The notes beneath the pieces were generated by a model. That model was not told the origin of the DNA and ran no database searches. It saw nothing but the letters and a program-made list of their open reading frames with translations. From assembly GCA_946409515.1 (NCBI GenBank), contig CAMJWS010000001.1, positions 318,824-382,823 of the forward strand: 64,000 bases of DNA, in the 5' to 3' direction. Made by a program: the position numbers and the translations under genes. Each line of letters begins with the position of its first letter. Within the stretch, counting starts at the first letter, position 1. This DNA comes from an uncultured Bacillales bacterium (GTDB taxonomy: Bacteria; Bacillota_I; Bacilli_A; RFN20; CAG-826). Positions 49,338-58,050 of this stretch are shown here, one piece after another.

Positions 49338-49832
49338 ATGGCAAAAACTCTATACTCAGCATTCTTTAATAAAGAGGATTGGGCCGTTAAAGAGGTCTAT
49401 TCCTACTACTCACGCTTAGTGAAGCATGTTTCTTTTGAAATACTTCATGATAATGACCTAGCGGATGATGTCGTTAGTGAAACATTTATCAAGTTATTAG
49501 AAAAAGGAAAAGTTGATAACGATAGTAACTTTGTTGCCTATATGTGCGCTATCGCGAAGAACTTATCCTTAAACATGATAAAAGAAAGAAATAGATATGA
49601 ATCACTGAACGAAGATATCGCTATGTCCACTGATGAAAAGAAGGACGACATCCTTGATATCTTAAAGGGTAAGTTAGAAGAAGATGAATATAATATCCTC
49701 GTTATGCGAGCGGTACTAGAGTATCCCTTCAATGATATTGCTCTAGTTTATAAAGCCACAGCTTCTTCAATGCGTGGCATCTACTTCAGAGCAAAGAAAA
49801 AAGCACAAAAACTTTTGGAGGGACTTTTATGA
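49338..49832 (+). CDS. ECF-type sigma-70 family RNA polymerase sigma factor
   Basis: 164 aa; region 2-like DLADDVVSETFIKLL and region 4-like FNDIALVYKATASSMRGIYFRAKKK. Confidence 0.65.
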   Translation: MAKTLYSAFFNKEDWAVKEVYSYYSRLVKHVSFEILHDNDLADDVVSETFIKLLEKGKVDNDSNFVAYMCAIAKNLSLNMIKERNRYESLNEDIAMSTDEKKDDILDILKGKLEEDEYNILVMRAVLEYPFNDIALVYKATASSMRGIYFRAKKKAQKLLEGLL

Positions 49833-51301
49833 GTTTGAAAAACAAATTAAAAGAAGCTTACAGCAATAAAGTAACCACCCCTAAGGGTTATCAAGAATTA
49901 AATAATAAAGTTGAAATAAAGAAAACCCACCACAATGCCTTTAAAACAGTGAAGTGGGTCAGCATTGGTTCATTATCTCTTGTGGGTACATTCGTATTAG
50001 TGGTCGCTAGTGTCGCTATTTTCTCTAACATGAAGATCACTGAGAATTTTGCAGACAGTGTTAAGAAAGCAAGATTCTCCATGTATGACACCAACTTATT
50101 AGAGAGTGAAACATTTAAGCGCCTTAATAACATCACTTATGATCAAGAAAAGAAAAACGAACCAATAAGTGAAGACTTTGTTACCTATGTAAATAGTTTT
50201 ACAGAAAAGACCTATCAAGGTTTTAATAAAACATCTAACTTTGCGTATTCTCCTTTAATGGTGTATACCCAAATGGACCTCATCTCCTTAGCGCTCTCTG
50301 ACGATGAAGCCATCGCAGAAGTTAATGCCGCTTTAGGTACAAGTGATATGGAGTTTAGAGGCACTAATGTGCGTAACGCTATGCTTAACAATTCCTATGC
50401 GAATAAGGAATATAAGAGTACCGTACAAACTAAAAACGCTGTGTTCTATGATCCAGATCGCGCTGAATCAGACATTAATCAAAATTTCTTAACAGGTTTA
50501 ACCGCTAGACGCGCTGAAGCTTATAGTATGAGTTATAATCTTGATAATGATATCAATAACATCCTTAAATGGATTGATGAAAGTGTGAATGAAACTGGAT
50601 TCTTAACCAAACAAGATTTAGAAATAGATGAAGATACATTTATTATGTTTGTTTCCAGTTTATATTTTGATAATGCTTGGCAAAACAAATATGTCGCTAA
50701 AGACACTAAAAATGATACTTTCCATCTTAGTGATGGAGAAACAGTCACTACAAAGTTTATGAACCATGTCATCCTCAATGAATATCGTGACTTTGGTGAT
50801 TATGTTTCAGTAAAAGACGGCTATAGATATGGCTACTATGTAGAGTACTTTGTGCCTAAAAAGCTTGAGGATAATATCTTTAACGTTTTGCCAAACGATT
50901 TCTTAACTAAAGAAGTTGAGCCTAAATACGCTGCAATTAGTCTTTCGGTTCCTAAACTTGATATGACATGTAAAAGTGACATTACTGACATCATTAAAGG
51001 AACAGGCATTCAAAAGATGTATGAACACGAATCAGGCCACTACTACTTAGATAATGCCTGTGAAACACCAAACTTTGAAGATGCATCATGGGTTAAGTTC
51101 ACAAAGCAAAAAACTTCTGTGAGTTTTGATGAAGATGGCACAGTTGTTAAATCAATCACTTTCTCCGTCGGCAATGGAACGGACTCATATCATCCTAGTA
51201 ATGGTTATGAAGTGACATTAAATCAACCATTTGTGTACGTCATTAAAGATAGTAACGGTTTGCCTCTTGTTCTAGGAGCAGTAAATAATCCAAAAGCGTA
51301 A
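49829..51301 (+). CDS. Membrane-anchored serpin-family protein (candidate anti-sigma factor/partner of the ECF sigma)
   Basis: ATGA start overlap with the sigma gene. About 40-aa cytoplasmic N-terminus and one TM. The extracytoplasmic domain carries serpin hallmarks FIMFVSSLYFDNAWQNKY (breach/shutter), FDEDGTVVKSITFSVGNG (hinge and reactive-centre loop) and PFVYVIKDSNGLPLVLGAVNNP (C-terminal serpin motif). Confidence 0.65.
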   Translation: MSLKNKLKEAYSNKVTTPKGYQELNNKVEIKKTHHNAFKTVKWVSIGSLSLVGTFVLVVASVAIFSNMKITENFADSVKKARFSMYDTNLLESETFKRLNNITYDQEKKNEPISEDFVTYVNSFTEKTYQGFNKTSNFAYSPLMVYTQMDLISLALSDDEAIAEVNAALGTSDMEFRGTNVRNAMLNNSYANKEYKSTVQTKNAVFYDPDRAESDINQNFLTGLTARRAEAYSMSYNLDNDINNILKWIDESVNETGFLTKQDLEIDEDTFIMFVSSLYFDNAWQNKYVAKDTKNDTFHLSDGETVTTKFMNHVILNEYRDFGDYVSVKDGYRYGYYVEYFVPKKLEDNIFNVLPNDFLTKEVEPKYAAISLSVPKLDMTCKSDITDIIKGTGIQKMYEHESGHYYLDNACETPNFEDASWVKFTKQKTSVSFDEDGTVVKSITFSVGNGTDSYHPSNGYEVTLNQPFVYVIKDSNGLPLVLGAVNNPKA

Positions 51302-51330
51302 AAAAGAAGCCCTCTTAGAGGGCTTTTTTA
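51301..51330. terminator. Bidirectional intrinsic terminator
   Basis: AAGCCCTCTTAGAGGGCTT hairpin followed by TTTTTT. Confidence 0.7.
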
Positions 51331-51962
51331 ATTATCTCTTTAATATCTAACAAGTCTTCGATGATATATGTTTCTTTACCAGTGGCTAATCCATAGCCAT
51401 CTTTAGGCAAGAACATAATGCTCTTGATATGTGCGTTGTTCGCACATTCAATATCCATACTTCTATCGCCTACATAGTAGGTGTTATTTCTATCTAGATG
51501 ATATTTATCTACGAGATAGTTAATTGAGTCTGGTAATGGCTTTCTATTAAAAACGGGATCCACACTGGTGATGATTTCATCAAAGTAATCATAGATTCTA
51601 ATATTTCTTAATACTGGTTCAGTGGATCTACCTCTATGGGTAAAGACATAACTATGGATACCTTGCTCTTTTAGATATTCCAATATCTCTAAAGCGTGTT
51701 TCATTGGTTTAATCTTTAACTTCTCTTCGCCAGAGATTTGGGAATATCGATCTTTTAATTCATCAAACTTAATACCAGTTTGTTTTTCCATGCCTTGAAT
51801 AAAGTGACCAACAGAATATCTAATGGCTTCTTTATAGACATCTTCTCTATTTAGTTCGATACCAATCTTTTCTTTATAGATACGACAAAGACTATCTACG
51901 ATAATATCGTAAGAATCAATTAATGTGCCATCTAAGTCCCAAATGAATACTGGTTTAGCCAT
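51315..51962 (-). CDS. HAD-superfamily hydrolase (phosphatase)
   Basis: FIWDLDGTLIDSY motif I, a motif II Thr and a motif IV D-R-S-M-D. Confidence 0.8.
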   Translation of the reverse strand: MAKPVFIWDLDGTLIDSYDIIVDSLCRIYKEKIGIELNREDVYKEAIRYSVGHFIQGMEKQTGIKFDELKDRYSQISGEEKLKIKPMKHALEILEYLKEQGIHSYVFTHRGRSTEPVLRNIRIYDYFDEIITSVDPVFNRKPLPDSINYLVDKYHLDRNNTYYVGDRSMDIECANNAHIKSIMFLPKDGYGLATGKETYIIEDLLDIKEIIKKAL

Positions 51963-51964
51963 AA

Positions 51965-53212
51965 TTAGATTTCCTTGCCTCTACAATATCTATATTTGAT
52001 ATTACTAACTTCCCCTGAATAGCAGAATCTTTCTACAAGTTCTTTAGGGGATAAATTCATAAATGAATCTTGTAAATCACCGATGACCAACGCATCAAAG
52101 TCATAACCAGGTTTAAAACTACCAACTTTACCAAATATTTTGCCACTTCCTAAAGTGGCCATATAGAAGGCTTCTTCAAAACTAATGGTCCTATTATCAC
52201 TTTCATATAGTGATTTTATTTTAGAAAGACGAATCGCGCTGGCGACTTGTCTATAAATACCTAAATATGAGCCTGCGGCGATATCACTACCAATAGCTAA
52301 ACTAATACCCGTATCAATTAAATTACCAGCGGGCATTATTCCTGCGATAACGTTTGTTGTAGCGTCAGGACACGTCACTGCGTAGCCACCACAGCCTTTT
52401 AATAAATCAATATCTTCTTTAGAAGGATAGATGAAATGTGCGGCAATAAATGGTTTATGTTTAAGTAAGCCTGCTTCCTTATAGATTTGTATATCGCATC
52501 GACAACCATCGAAGCATTTCTTCGCTTCTTCTTTTTCCCATAAGGATTCAACGATATGGGTTTGACAGCCAATATCATATTTATCAGCGAGTTCCCCTAG
52601 TTTCTTTAATAATTCAAAAGAACAAGTAGGCGCAAATCTAGGAGTTAATATTGGTTTAGCATACTTATTGTTGATATGTTTCTTTATAAATTCTTCGGTG
52701 TTCTTAATCGATTCCTCTGTTGTCTCAACAAGATAATCAGGACTATCCTTATCCATATTGACCTTACCAACATAGGCTCTAATACCTCTAGCTTCTAATT
52801 CACCAATTAGATAATCAGAAGCGGGATTATGGATAGTAGCAAACACTACTGCGTGCATCGTGCCATGTTTAATTAAATCATTAACAAACGCACTATAGAC
52901 TGCTTTATAGAAAGCCTCGTCTTTATATTTAGCCTCTAGTGGGAAAGTATACTTATTTAGCCAATCATACAATAAAACATCCATGGCAATCCCTCTTTGA
53001 GGATATTGAGGCGCATGGACGTGTAGATCATTAAATGCAGGAATGATGATATTGTCACCAAAGTCTATGACTTTATAGTCTTTTAATTCATCTGGTAAGT
53101 CTTGATAGACACCCTGAACAACTCCATTATTAACGATAATATAGCCAGACTTAGTTTCTTTAAGTTCTTTTATAGATTCAGAATAGACAATATTACCGTG
53201 ATAGATTTCCAT
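51965..53212 (-). CDS. Amidohydrolase-superfamily deaminase (guanine deaminase-like)
   Basis: LHVHAPQYPQRG HxH metal motif and a later HxxE motif; 415 aa. Confidence 0.75.
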   Translation of the reverse strand: MEIYHGNIVYSESIKELKETKSGYIIVNNGVVQGVYQDLPDELKDYKVIDFGDNIIIPAFNDLHVHAPQYPQRGIAMDVLLYDWLNKYTFPLEAKYKDEAFYKAVYSAFVNDLIKHGTMHAVVFATIHNPASDYLIGELEARGIRAYVGKVNMDKDSPDYLVETTEESIKNTEEFIKKHINNKYAKPILTPRFAPTCSFELLKKLGELADKYDIGCQTHIVESLWEKEEAKKCFDGCRCDIQIYKEAGLLKHKPFIAAHFIYPSKEDIDLLKGCGGYAVTCPDATTNVIAGIMPAGNLIDTGISLAIGSDIAAGSYLGIYRQVASAIRLSKIKSLYESDNRTISFEEAFYMATLGSGKIFGKVGSFKPGYDFDALVIGDLQDSFMNLSPKELVERFCYSGEVSNIKYRYCRGKEI

Positions 53213-53270
53213 ATGAATTACTATAGCAAAAAAGAATCAGGTAATAAACCTGACTCTTATTAATCGATCA
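53107..53270. repeat. Direct repeat copy A (amidohydrolase 5' end plus upstream terminator)
   Basis: About 85% identical to 54121-54278. Confidence 0.7.
53227..53254 (-). terminator. Intrinsic terminator after the 275-aa gene
   Basis: TCAGGTAATAAACCTGA hairpin followed by a U-run on the minus strand. Confidence 0.6.
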
Positions 53271-54087
53271 CTTTCTTTCCAGTAAATATATCGGTATAGA
53301 GACTTTCTTCGTATTCTCTTAGTTTTTCTTCATACTCTTCTTTGGTTATTTCGCCATCGCTGAACTTTTTGGCTAAGTAATATTCATGAGTATATAAATC
53401 GGTATAGCGACCAAAAACTAATTCCGTTGTATTAGGGTATAGTGGCTTTTGCTTATCATAATGATTATTTTCGCCCTTAATTAGATATAAGAAATCGATA
53501 TCTTCTTCTTTGGCATAAGACCACCACCAGAGGTGCCGGTTACCGGGTCTATTTGTATCAAAGCGAATAATTACATACCCTTGCTTTTTTTCGCTATATT
53601 TGAATACCATGGCGTATTCAGGGCTAGTTTTAAAATAGGCTTTGATATAGACATTGTCACCGAATTTAAATTTTTTGCCATTACACGAGCCTTCATCATA
53701 AGTTTCTTTGGGAAAACGTTCTAGAGTTTGTCTATTGTATTCCTCTCTAGTTATCTCGCCGTCGGTAACTCTTTTTGCCAAATAATAATCATCAGTGTAT
53801 AACTCACCATATTTAGCGGGATAAATGCATGTGTCTTCAGAAAATAATGGTTTATGTCTATCATAATAGTTATCTTTACCATCAATCTTTTCTAGAAGTT
53901 CAATGTCATCTTCTTTAGCGTAAGACCACCACCAAGAAGGATCTTCTGGAGAATAGGCATCGAACACAATGATGACATACATCTCTTTACTCTCGTCATA
54001 CTTAAATATCTGTGCATAGCAGCAGTCGATTTTTAAATAGGCTTTAACATAGACATTGTCACCAAATTTAAATTTTCTTTTCATCAT
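53260..54087 (-). CDS. Hypothetical protein built from two tandem copies of a domain of about 135 aa (KFKFGDNVY...WWWSYAKE-D...YYLAK...DGEIT.EEY)
   Basis: Residues about 5-135 and about 138-270 align along their length with roughly 45% identity. Confidence 0.5.
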   Translation of the reverse strand: MMKRKFKFGDNVYVKAYLKIDCCYAQIFKYDESKEMYVIIVFDAYSPEDPSWWWSYAKEDDIELLEKIDGKDNYYDRHKPLFSEDTCIYPAKYGELYTDDYYLAKRVTDGEITREEYNRQTLERFPKETYDEGSCNGKKFKFGDNVYIKAYFKTSPEYAMVFKYSEKKQGYVIIRFDTNRPGNRHLWWWSYAKEEDIDFLYLIKGENNHYDKQKPLYPNTTELVFGRYTDLYTHEYYLAKKFSDGEITKEEYEEKLREYEESLYTDIFTGKKVID

Positions 54088-54120
54088 TAATTGTTTCCTG
54101 GGGTTGGATTTGGACTTTCT

Positions 54121-54278
54121 GGGTGAACAACACCATTATTGACGACAGTATAGCCAGACTTAATTTCTTTAAGTTCTTAAACTGATTCAGAATAGACAAT
54201 ATTACCGTGATAGATTTCCATATATGAAACACTATAGCAAAAATAAACCAGGTATTAAACCTGGCTGTGATTATTTTA
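54121..54278. repeat. Direct repeat copy B (degenerate, non-coding copy of the amidohydrolase 5' end plus terminator)
   Basis: Alignable to 53107-53270 and includes a copy of the hairpin (CCAGGTATTAAACCTGG). It falls in intergenic DNA, so the CDS fragment is a remnant. Confidence 0.7.
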
Positions 54279-56220
54279 TTTTTTTGTAAGCATTTGATAA
54301 ATACAAACCAATTGCGTCAATGTCATAGAATGGTCTGACATCGTAGAATACTGATGATCCGTTTCCATATTCAATTGGATAATCAACAGGGACACCACCA
54401 TCGATATTATCGCCCGCTCTATTTGAACACATCAAAAAGTTAGAACGGATAAATGGGGTACCATCTGCGGTGGTTTGTGAACAAATAGAACAACTACCGC
54501 CACCACTTTTTTGGCCTAAAATCTTATAGCCCAATTCTTTTGCGCATGCTGGGAATAAATTAGCGCATGAGAATGAATAATTACTTGTTAAAACACCAAT
54601 GTTGAAGTCAAAGCTCTTCGCGGCTTCTTTATCTTGTTCATCGTATTTACCATCTAAGTTGATATCCACGATATATTCATCAACCATATCATATTTATTA
54701 AATGTGTCTTTAGAGCAATCAAAACCAACACCACCATTCAATAAACCCAATAGGCCTATATTTGCACAAGTATCGCCACCACCATTAGAGCAGATGTCTA
54801 AAACGATATTCTTTACTCCTTCCTGCTTCGCTTTATTAAAGGAACTTAGAACATAGCCAAAAGAATCACCATTTGTTGGAGCGGGACCTAAACCCTTATA
54901 GTAATCATCCCAGCCTTCATAATCGACATGGAATTGTGGGAAGCCAATATAAGCGGTTGGATTACCTTCTGGGTGATAATAGTAATAACTATGACCACCA
55001 ATTGGACGATCATAATAGAAAGAATAATATGCATAAGCTTTTTTGTTTTGAATGTTATTTACTTTATTGAATAGAGTAGTAAATTCACTAACCCTAGAAG
55101 CTTTTGATTTAGACATGTCATAATTGTCTGAACCAGATGGTAAATAAGTATGACCGCCATCGTATAAACCAGCGAACAAAGCATGTAATCCTTGATAATA
55201 TTGATCTTTATCCGTGGACAATAAATATTGTTTAATCTTTGGATGATGTTGTTCTAATAAGCCATCAAGGCCTAATGTTTGGAATAGTTCATCGCCAAAG
55301 ACCATTTGCTTTGTATAGCCACGATAACTATCAAAGGACATGCATAATTCGTTATAAACGTAATTAGCTAAATCAACTGGTCTTGCTTCGCTTAAATCAT
55401 CTATTTTTGTGTAATAGTTGTCATAACTATCAGGAGTGGTTTGCTCGCCCATTGCTTCATACCAGTCTAAAATAAAGATTTCTTTACCGTTATACGCGAT
55501 GTTATAAACCGCGACAGAACCACTGAAAGAACTTAATAACGTTAATGGAGCATAGACGTCTTCATCATCAAAATAAACGTTAATGGAATACTTTGCTAAG
55601 TTAATAGTGCCTATCTCTGGTTGTGATTTAGTGGTATTGAGCTTGTCTTGAATAAAGATCTTAGAAGTTGAAGAGACAAAATCAGGGTGATTAGAAAAGG
55701 CCACTAAATCGTTAGATGTGAATATATCATTAGTGTAATCAAAAGCAAAATAGCTACCAGATGGTAAAGAATAACGTAAGGTATTATTGTTTTCTCTAAC
55801 AATCTCTAATTCAGTTCTAAAGAACTCTTTATAGTATTTGTCCACTGAAATGTATGGGACATTAGGAGTGTCTTTGTAATAGCGGAGCGTTGTGGAATCA
55901 GGACATTTCACATGGCTTTTATGATTAACATTGACTTGTTTATCAATGTACTGTTTATCTGATGGCCAAGAGCTAGAGTTAGAAGCGCTACTACTGGAAT
56001 AGGAACTACTACTAGAAGACGATGTGCTAGAAGAAGTTGATGTGCTTGTACTAGTGGATGTGCTTGTACTAGTGGATGTAGAAGATGGTGTTCCGTTAAA
56101 AGAATCGCTTCTAGAAAAGTGACTATCAAAAGTTGAGGTAGCACTATTAGCAGGCATACAGCCTACTACAAGCAATGATATGGCAACAGGGACTAGTAAT
56201 ATTTTCTTTCTCATAATCAA
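54271..56220 (-). CDS. Lipoprotein with Ser/Thr-rich low-complexity linker and C-terminal S41 peptidase-like domain
   Basis: Signal peptide with lipobox LVVGC; (STS)n-(S)n linker; IVLDICSNGGGD resembles the S41 DLRxNxGG motif. Confidence 0.5.
   Translation of the reverse strand: MIMRKKILLVPVAISLLVVGCMPANSATSTFDSHFSRSDSFNGTPSSTSTSTSTSTSTSTSTSSSTSSSSSSSYSSSSASNSSSWPSDKQYIDKQVNVNHKSHVKCPDSTTLRYYKDTPNVPYISVDKYYKEFFRTELEIVRENNNTLRYSLPSGSYFAFDYTNDIFTSNDLVAFSNHPDFVSSTSKIFIQDKLNTTKSQPEIGTINLAKYSINVYFDDEDVYAPLTLLSSFSGSVAVYNIAYNGKEIFILDWYEAMGEQTTPDSYDNYYTKIDDLSEARPVDLANYVYNELCMSFDSYRGYTKQMVFGDELFQTLGLDGLLEQHHPKIKQYLLSTDKDQYYQGLHALFAGLYDGGHTYLPSGSDNYDMSKSKASRVSEFTTLFNKVNNIQNKKAYAYYSFYYDRPIGGHSYYYYHPEGNPTAYIGFPQFHVDYEGWDDYYKGLGPAPTNGDSFGYVLSSFNKAKQEGVKNIVLDICSNGGGDTCANIGLLGLLNGGVGFDCSKDTFNKYDMVDEYIVDINLDGKYDEQDKEAAKSFDFNIGVLTSNYSFSCANLFPACAKELGYKILGQKSGGGSCSICSQTTADGTPFIRSNFLMCSNRAGDNIDGGVPVDYPIEYGNGSSVFYDVRPFYDIDAIGLYLSNAYKKIK
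55960..56090. repeat. Low-complexity coding repeat (Ser/Thr codons; tandem GATGTGCTTGTACTAGTG x2)
   Basis: Encodes the STSTSTS...SSSSS linker of the lipoprotein. Confidence 0.6.
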
Positions 56221-56244
56221 ACAATTATTGGATTTATTCTAGTC

Positions 56245-56322
56245 CAAGTATAAGTGAATATTCAATTATTTAAGTAAAGTCTTTTGCACGAGTTCTTCAT
56301 ATTCCCTTATAGTTTTCTTATC
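56245..56322. repeat. Direct repeat copy (duplicate of the 3' end of the SGNH hydrolase gene)
   Basis: About 85% identical to 57308-57388; in frame it would read KKTIREYEELVQKTLLK*. Confidence 0.65.
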
Positions 56323-56647
56323 TAGCTATAAGAGGAACAATCTTGCTTAAACTATTCCCTAATGCTAGTTTTGCTTCTCTAATATCAATATCATTTTGAA
56401 GATTTAGGAAATAGTTTTCACTAAGACCAAATAGCTTACCTAATTTAATAGATGTTTCAGCAGTTATTTTACGTCTATCATGGAGTAAATCTTGAATACG
56501 AGATACAGGTACATCTATTTCTTTTGCTAAACGATAGGCGGAAAGAGAGTATGGAACCATAAACTCTTCTTTTAATATTTCACTAATCTTTGGTGTTTCG
56601 ATATGTTTCATAACGCAACCCTCAAGGTAATTATATACCTGTGTCAC
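56318..56647 (-). CDS. HTH_XRE protein, HigA antitoxin-like; no adjacent HigB
   Basis: LSAYRLAKEIDVPVSRIQDLLHDRRKITAETSIKLGKLFGLSENYFLNLQNDIDI matches HigA-family HTH. Confidence 0.55.
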   Translation of the reverse strand: MTQVYNYLEGCVMKHIETPKISEILKEEFMVPYSLSAYRLAKEIDVPVSRIQDLLHDRRKITAETSIKLGKLFGLSENYFLNLQNDIDIREAKLALGNSLSKIVPLIAR

Positions 56648-56676
56648 GTGTATATCAATAAACCCGTATTTAGTAA

Positions 56677-57204
56677 TTATTTCTTAGATACACGTTCTTC
56701 TGGAAGATGTATTGTATATCCTTTGGATGAATGAGCAAAAGCAATAGCTGGATAATAGGCCCCACCATTCCATTTTGGATCATGCTCGGCATTTATGATG
56801 TCATAGGCAACGACATACTCACCATATTCGGTTGTAAATGTATCAGTAAATGTAATAACGTCTGAATCCTTTGAATAGAAATCATATTTATCAGATAAAA
56901 AGTCTTTGACGGTTCCTATTTCGACAAGGGTGCTAATCCATGTTTGATTATAATTCTCATCAACGATCGCAATACTTCTAGCAATAGTAAATGAATCTAA
57001 AGCTTCATAAATAGTGCGATACTGCGGAGCGTGTCTTGCTGTTACCGAAATAATCAATTCATCGTCTTGATATCTTTTGGCGTCAACCCAAATAGCTACT
57101 GGATAAAGGGCTACGTGCAAAGAATATACTTCATCCTTGTTGATACAGCCAGTTAAAGCAAGTAACGATGCTAAAAACAATAATCCTTTTTTCATACTAT
57201 GCAA
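56677..57204 (-). CDS. Lipoprotein, function unknown
   Basis: Signal peptide with lipobox LALTGC. Confidence 0.5.
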   Translation of the reverse strand: MHSMKKGLLFLASLLALTGCINKDEVYSLHVALYPVAIWVDAKRYQDDELIISVTARHAPQYRTIYEALDSFTIARSIAIVDENYNQTWISTLVEIGTVKDFLSDKYDFYSKDSDVITFTDTFTTEYGEYVVAYDIINAEHDPKWNGGAYYPAIAFAHSSKGYTIHLPEERVSKK

Positions 57205-57307
57205 ATTATATAAAAAGAAGTGATGTAGTCAATATAAAATCTATTTGTTACCTTTCTAGAATCATCATTTCTTTAAGAGTGTTTAATTCTTTTTTTGATT
57301 AAGACCA

Positions 57308-57388
57308 TGTAAATCAATACTCGATTATTTGAGTAAAGACTTTTGCACTAGTTCTTCATATTCCCTTGCGGTTTTCTCATCCAAGAAT
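57308..57388. repeat. Direct repeat original (3' end of the SGNH hydrolase gene)
   Basis: See 56245-56322. Confidence 0.65.
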
Positions 57389-58050
57389 TCAGGAACATAA
57401 AGGTTCTTAATCATTTGATTGTTATTAAATGTATGTACGAATGTTAGTGCAGCGATATATCTACCAACATCATTTAAATGGAAACCGTCTTTATGGAAGT
57501 TTTCGCCATACCTTTCAATAGAGGCTTCAATAGAATCGCCACTTCTAATGATGATATCGATACCTAAGTCTTTGGAGACATAGTCATATGTTTCACAAAT
57601 ACATTTATACATGGTTTTTCGATCATAGTTATAGTGTTCAAAATTAGTGTTCTCAAAGCCTGTTTGATATGGCCATGTTTTGTGTAAAACAAGTGTTGAT
57701 TCTTTTTGATATCTTCTTACATATTCAATAAGTTCATTGATATATGGATAGAAAGTATCTTTTAAGCCCGAAAAGACACTGACTTGTTGAAGAGTGATAT
57801 AATCCCACTTCTTCATTAAAAGAGCGTCTTTTAAAGCGATATATCTGCCAGTGGATTCTCCATTAACAAACCATTCATATGGTGAAGAGCCATCTTTAAT
57901 AAAACCAATATGTTGTTCTAAAGAACAGCCACCGACATATAAGACACCTAATTCAATTTCAACATCACTACCTAAAGATAGTTCATGTGTATATCTAGCG
58001 GCGTCCACGCTGAAGGAATTACCAATCATCAAAACACTGATCTTTTTCAT
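57325..58050 (-). CDS. SGNH/GDSL-like hydrolase
   Basis: N-terminal IGNSFS block (GDS-like) and C-terminal DGFHLN (DxxH) catalytic motif. Confidence 0.55.
   Translation of the reverse strand: MKKISVLMIGNSFSVDAARYTHELSLGSDVEIELGVLYVGGCSLEQHIGFIKDGSSPYEWFVNGESTGRYIALKDALLMKKWDYITLQQVSVFSGLKDTFYPYINELIEYVRRYQKESTLVLHKTWPYQTGFENTNFEHYNYDRKTMYKCICETYDYVSKDLGIDIIIRSGDSIEASIERYGENFHKDGFHLNDVGRYIAALTFVHTFNNNQMIKNLYVPEFLDEKTAREYEELVQKSLLK

Noticed and set aside
55960-56090. Tandem nucleotide repeat (GATGTGCTTGTACTAGTG x2 plus Ser/Thr codon runs) as a possible CRISPR or satellite array
   Set aside because: It lies inside a continuous ORF and simply encodes the Ser/Thr low-complexity linker of the lipoprotein.
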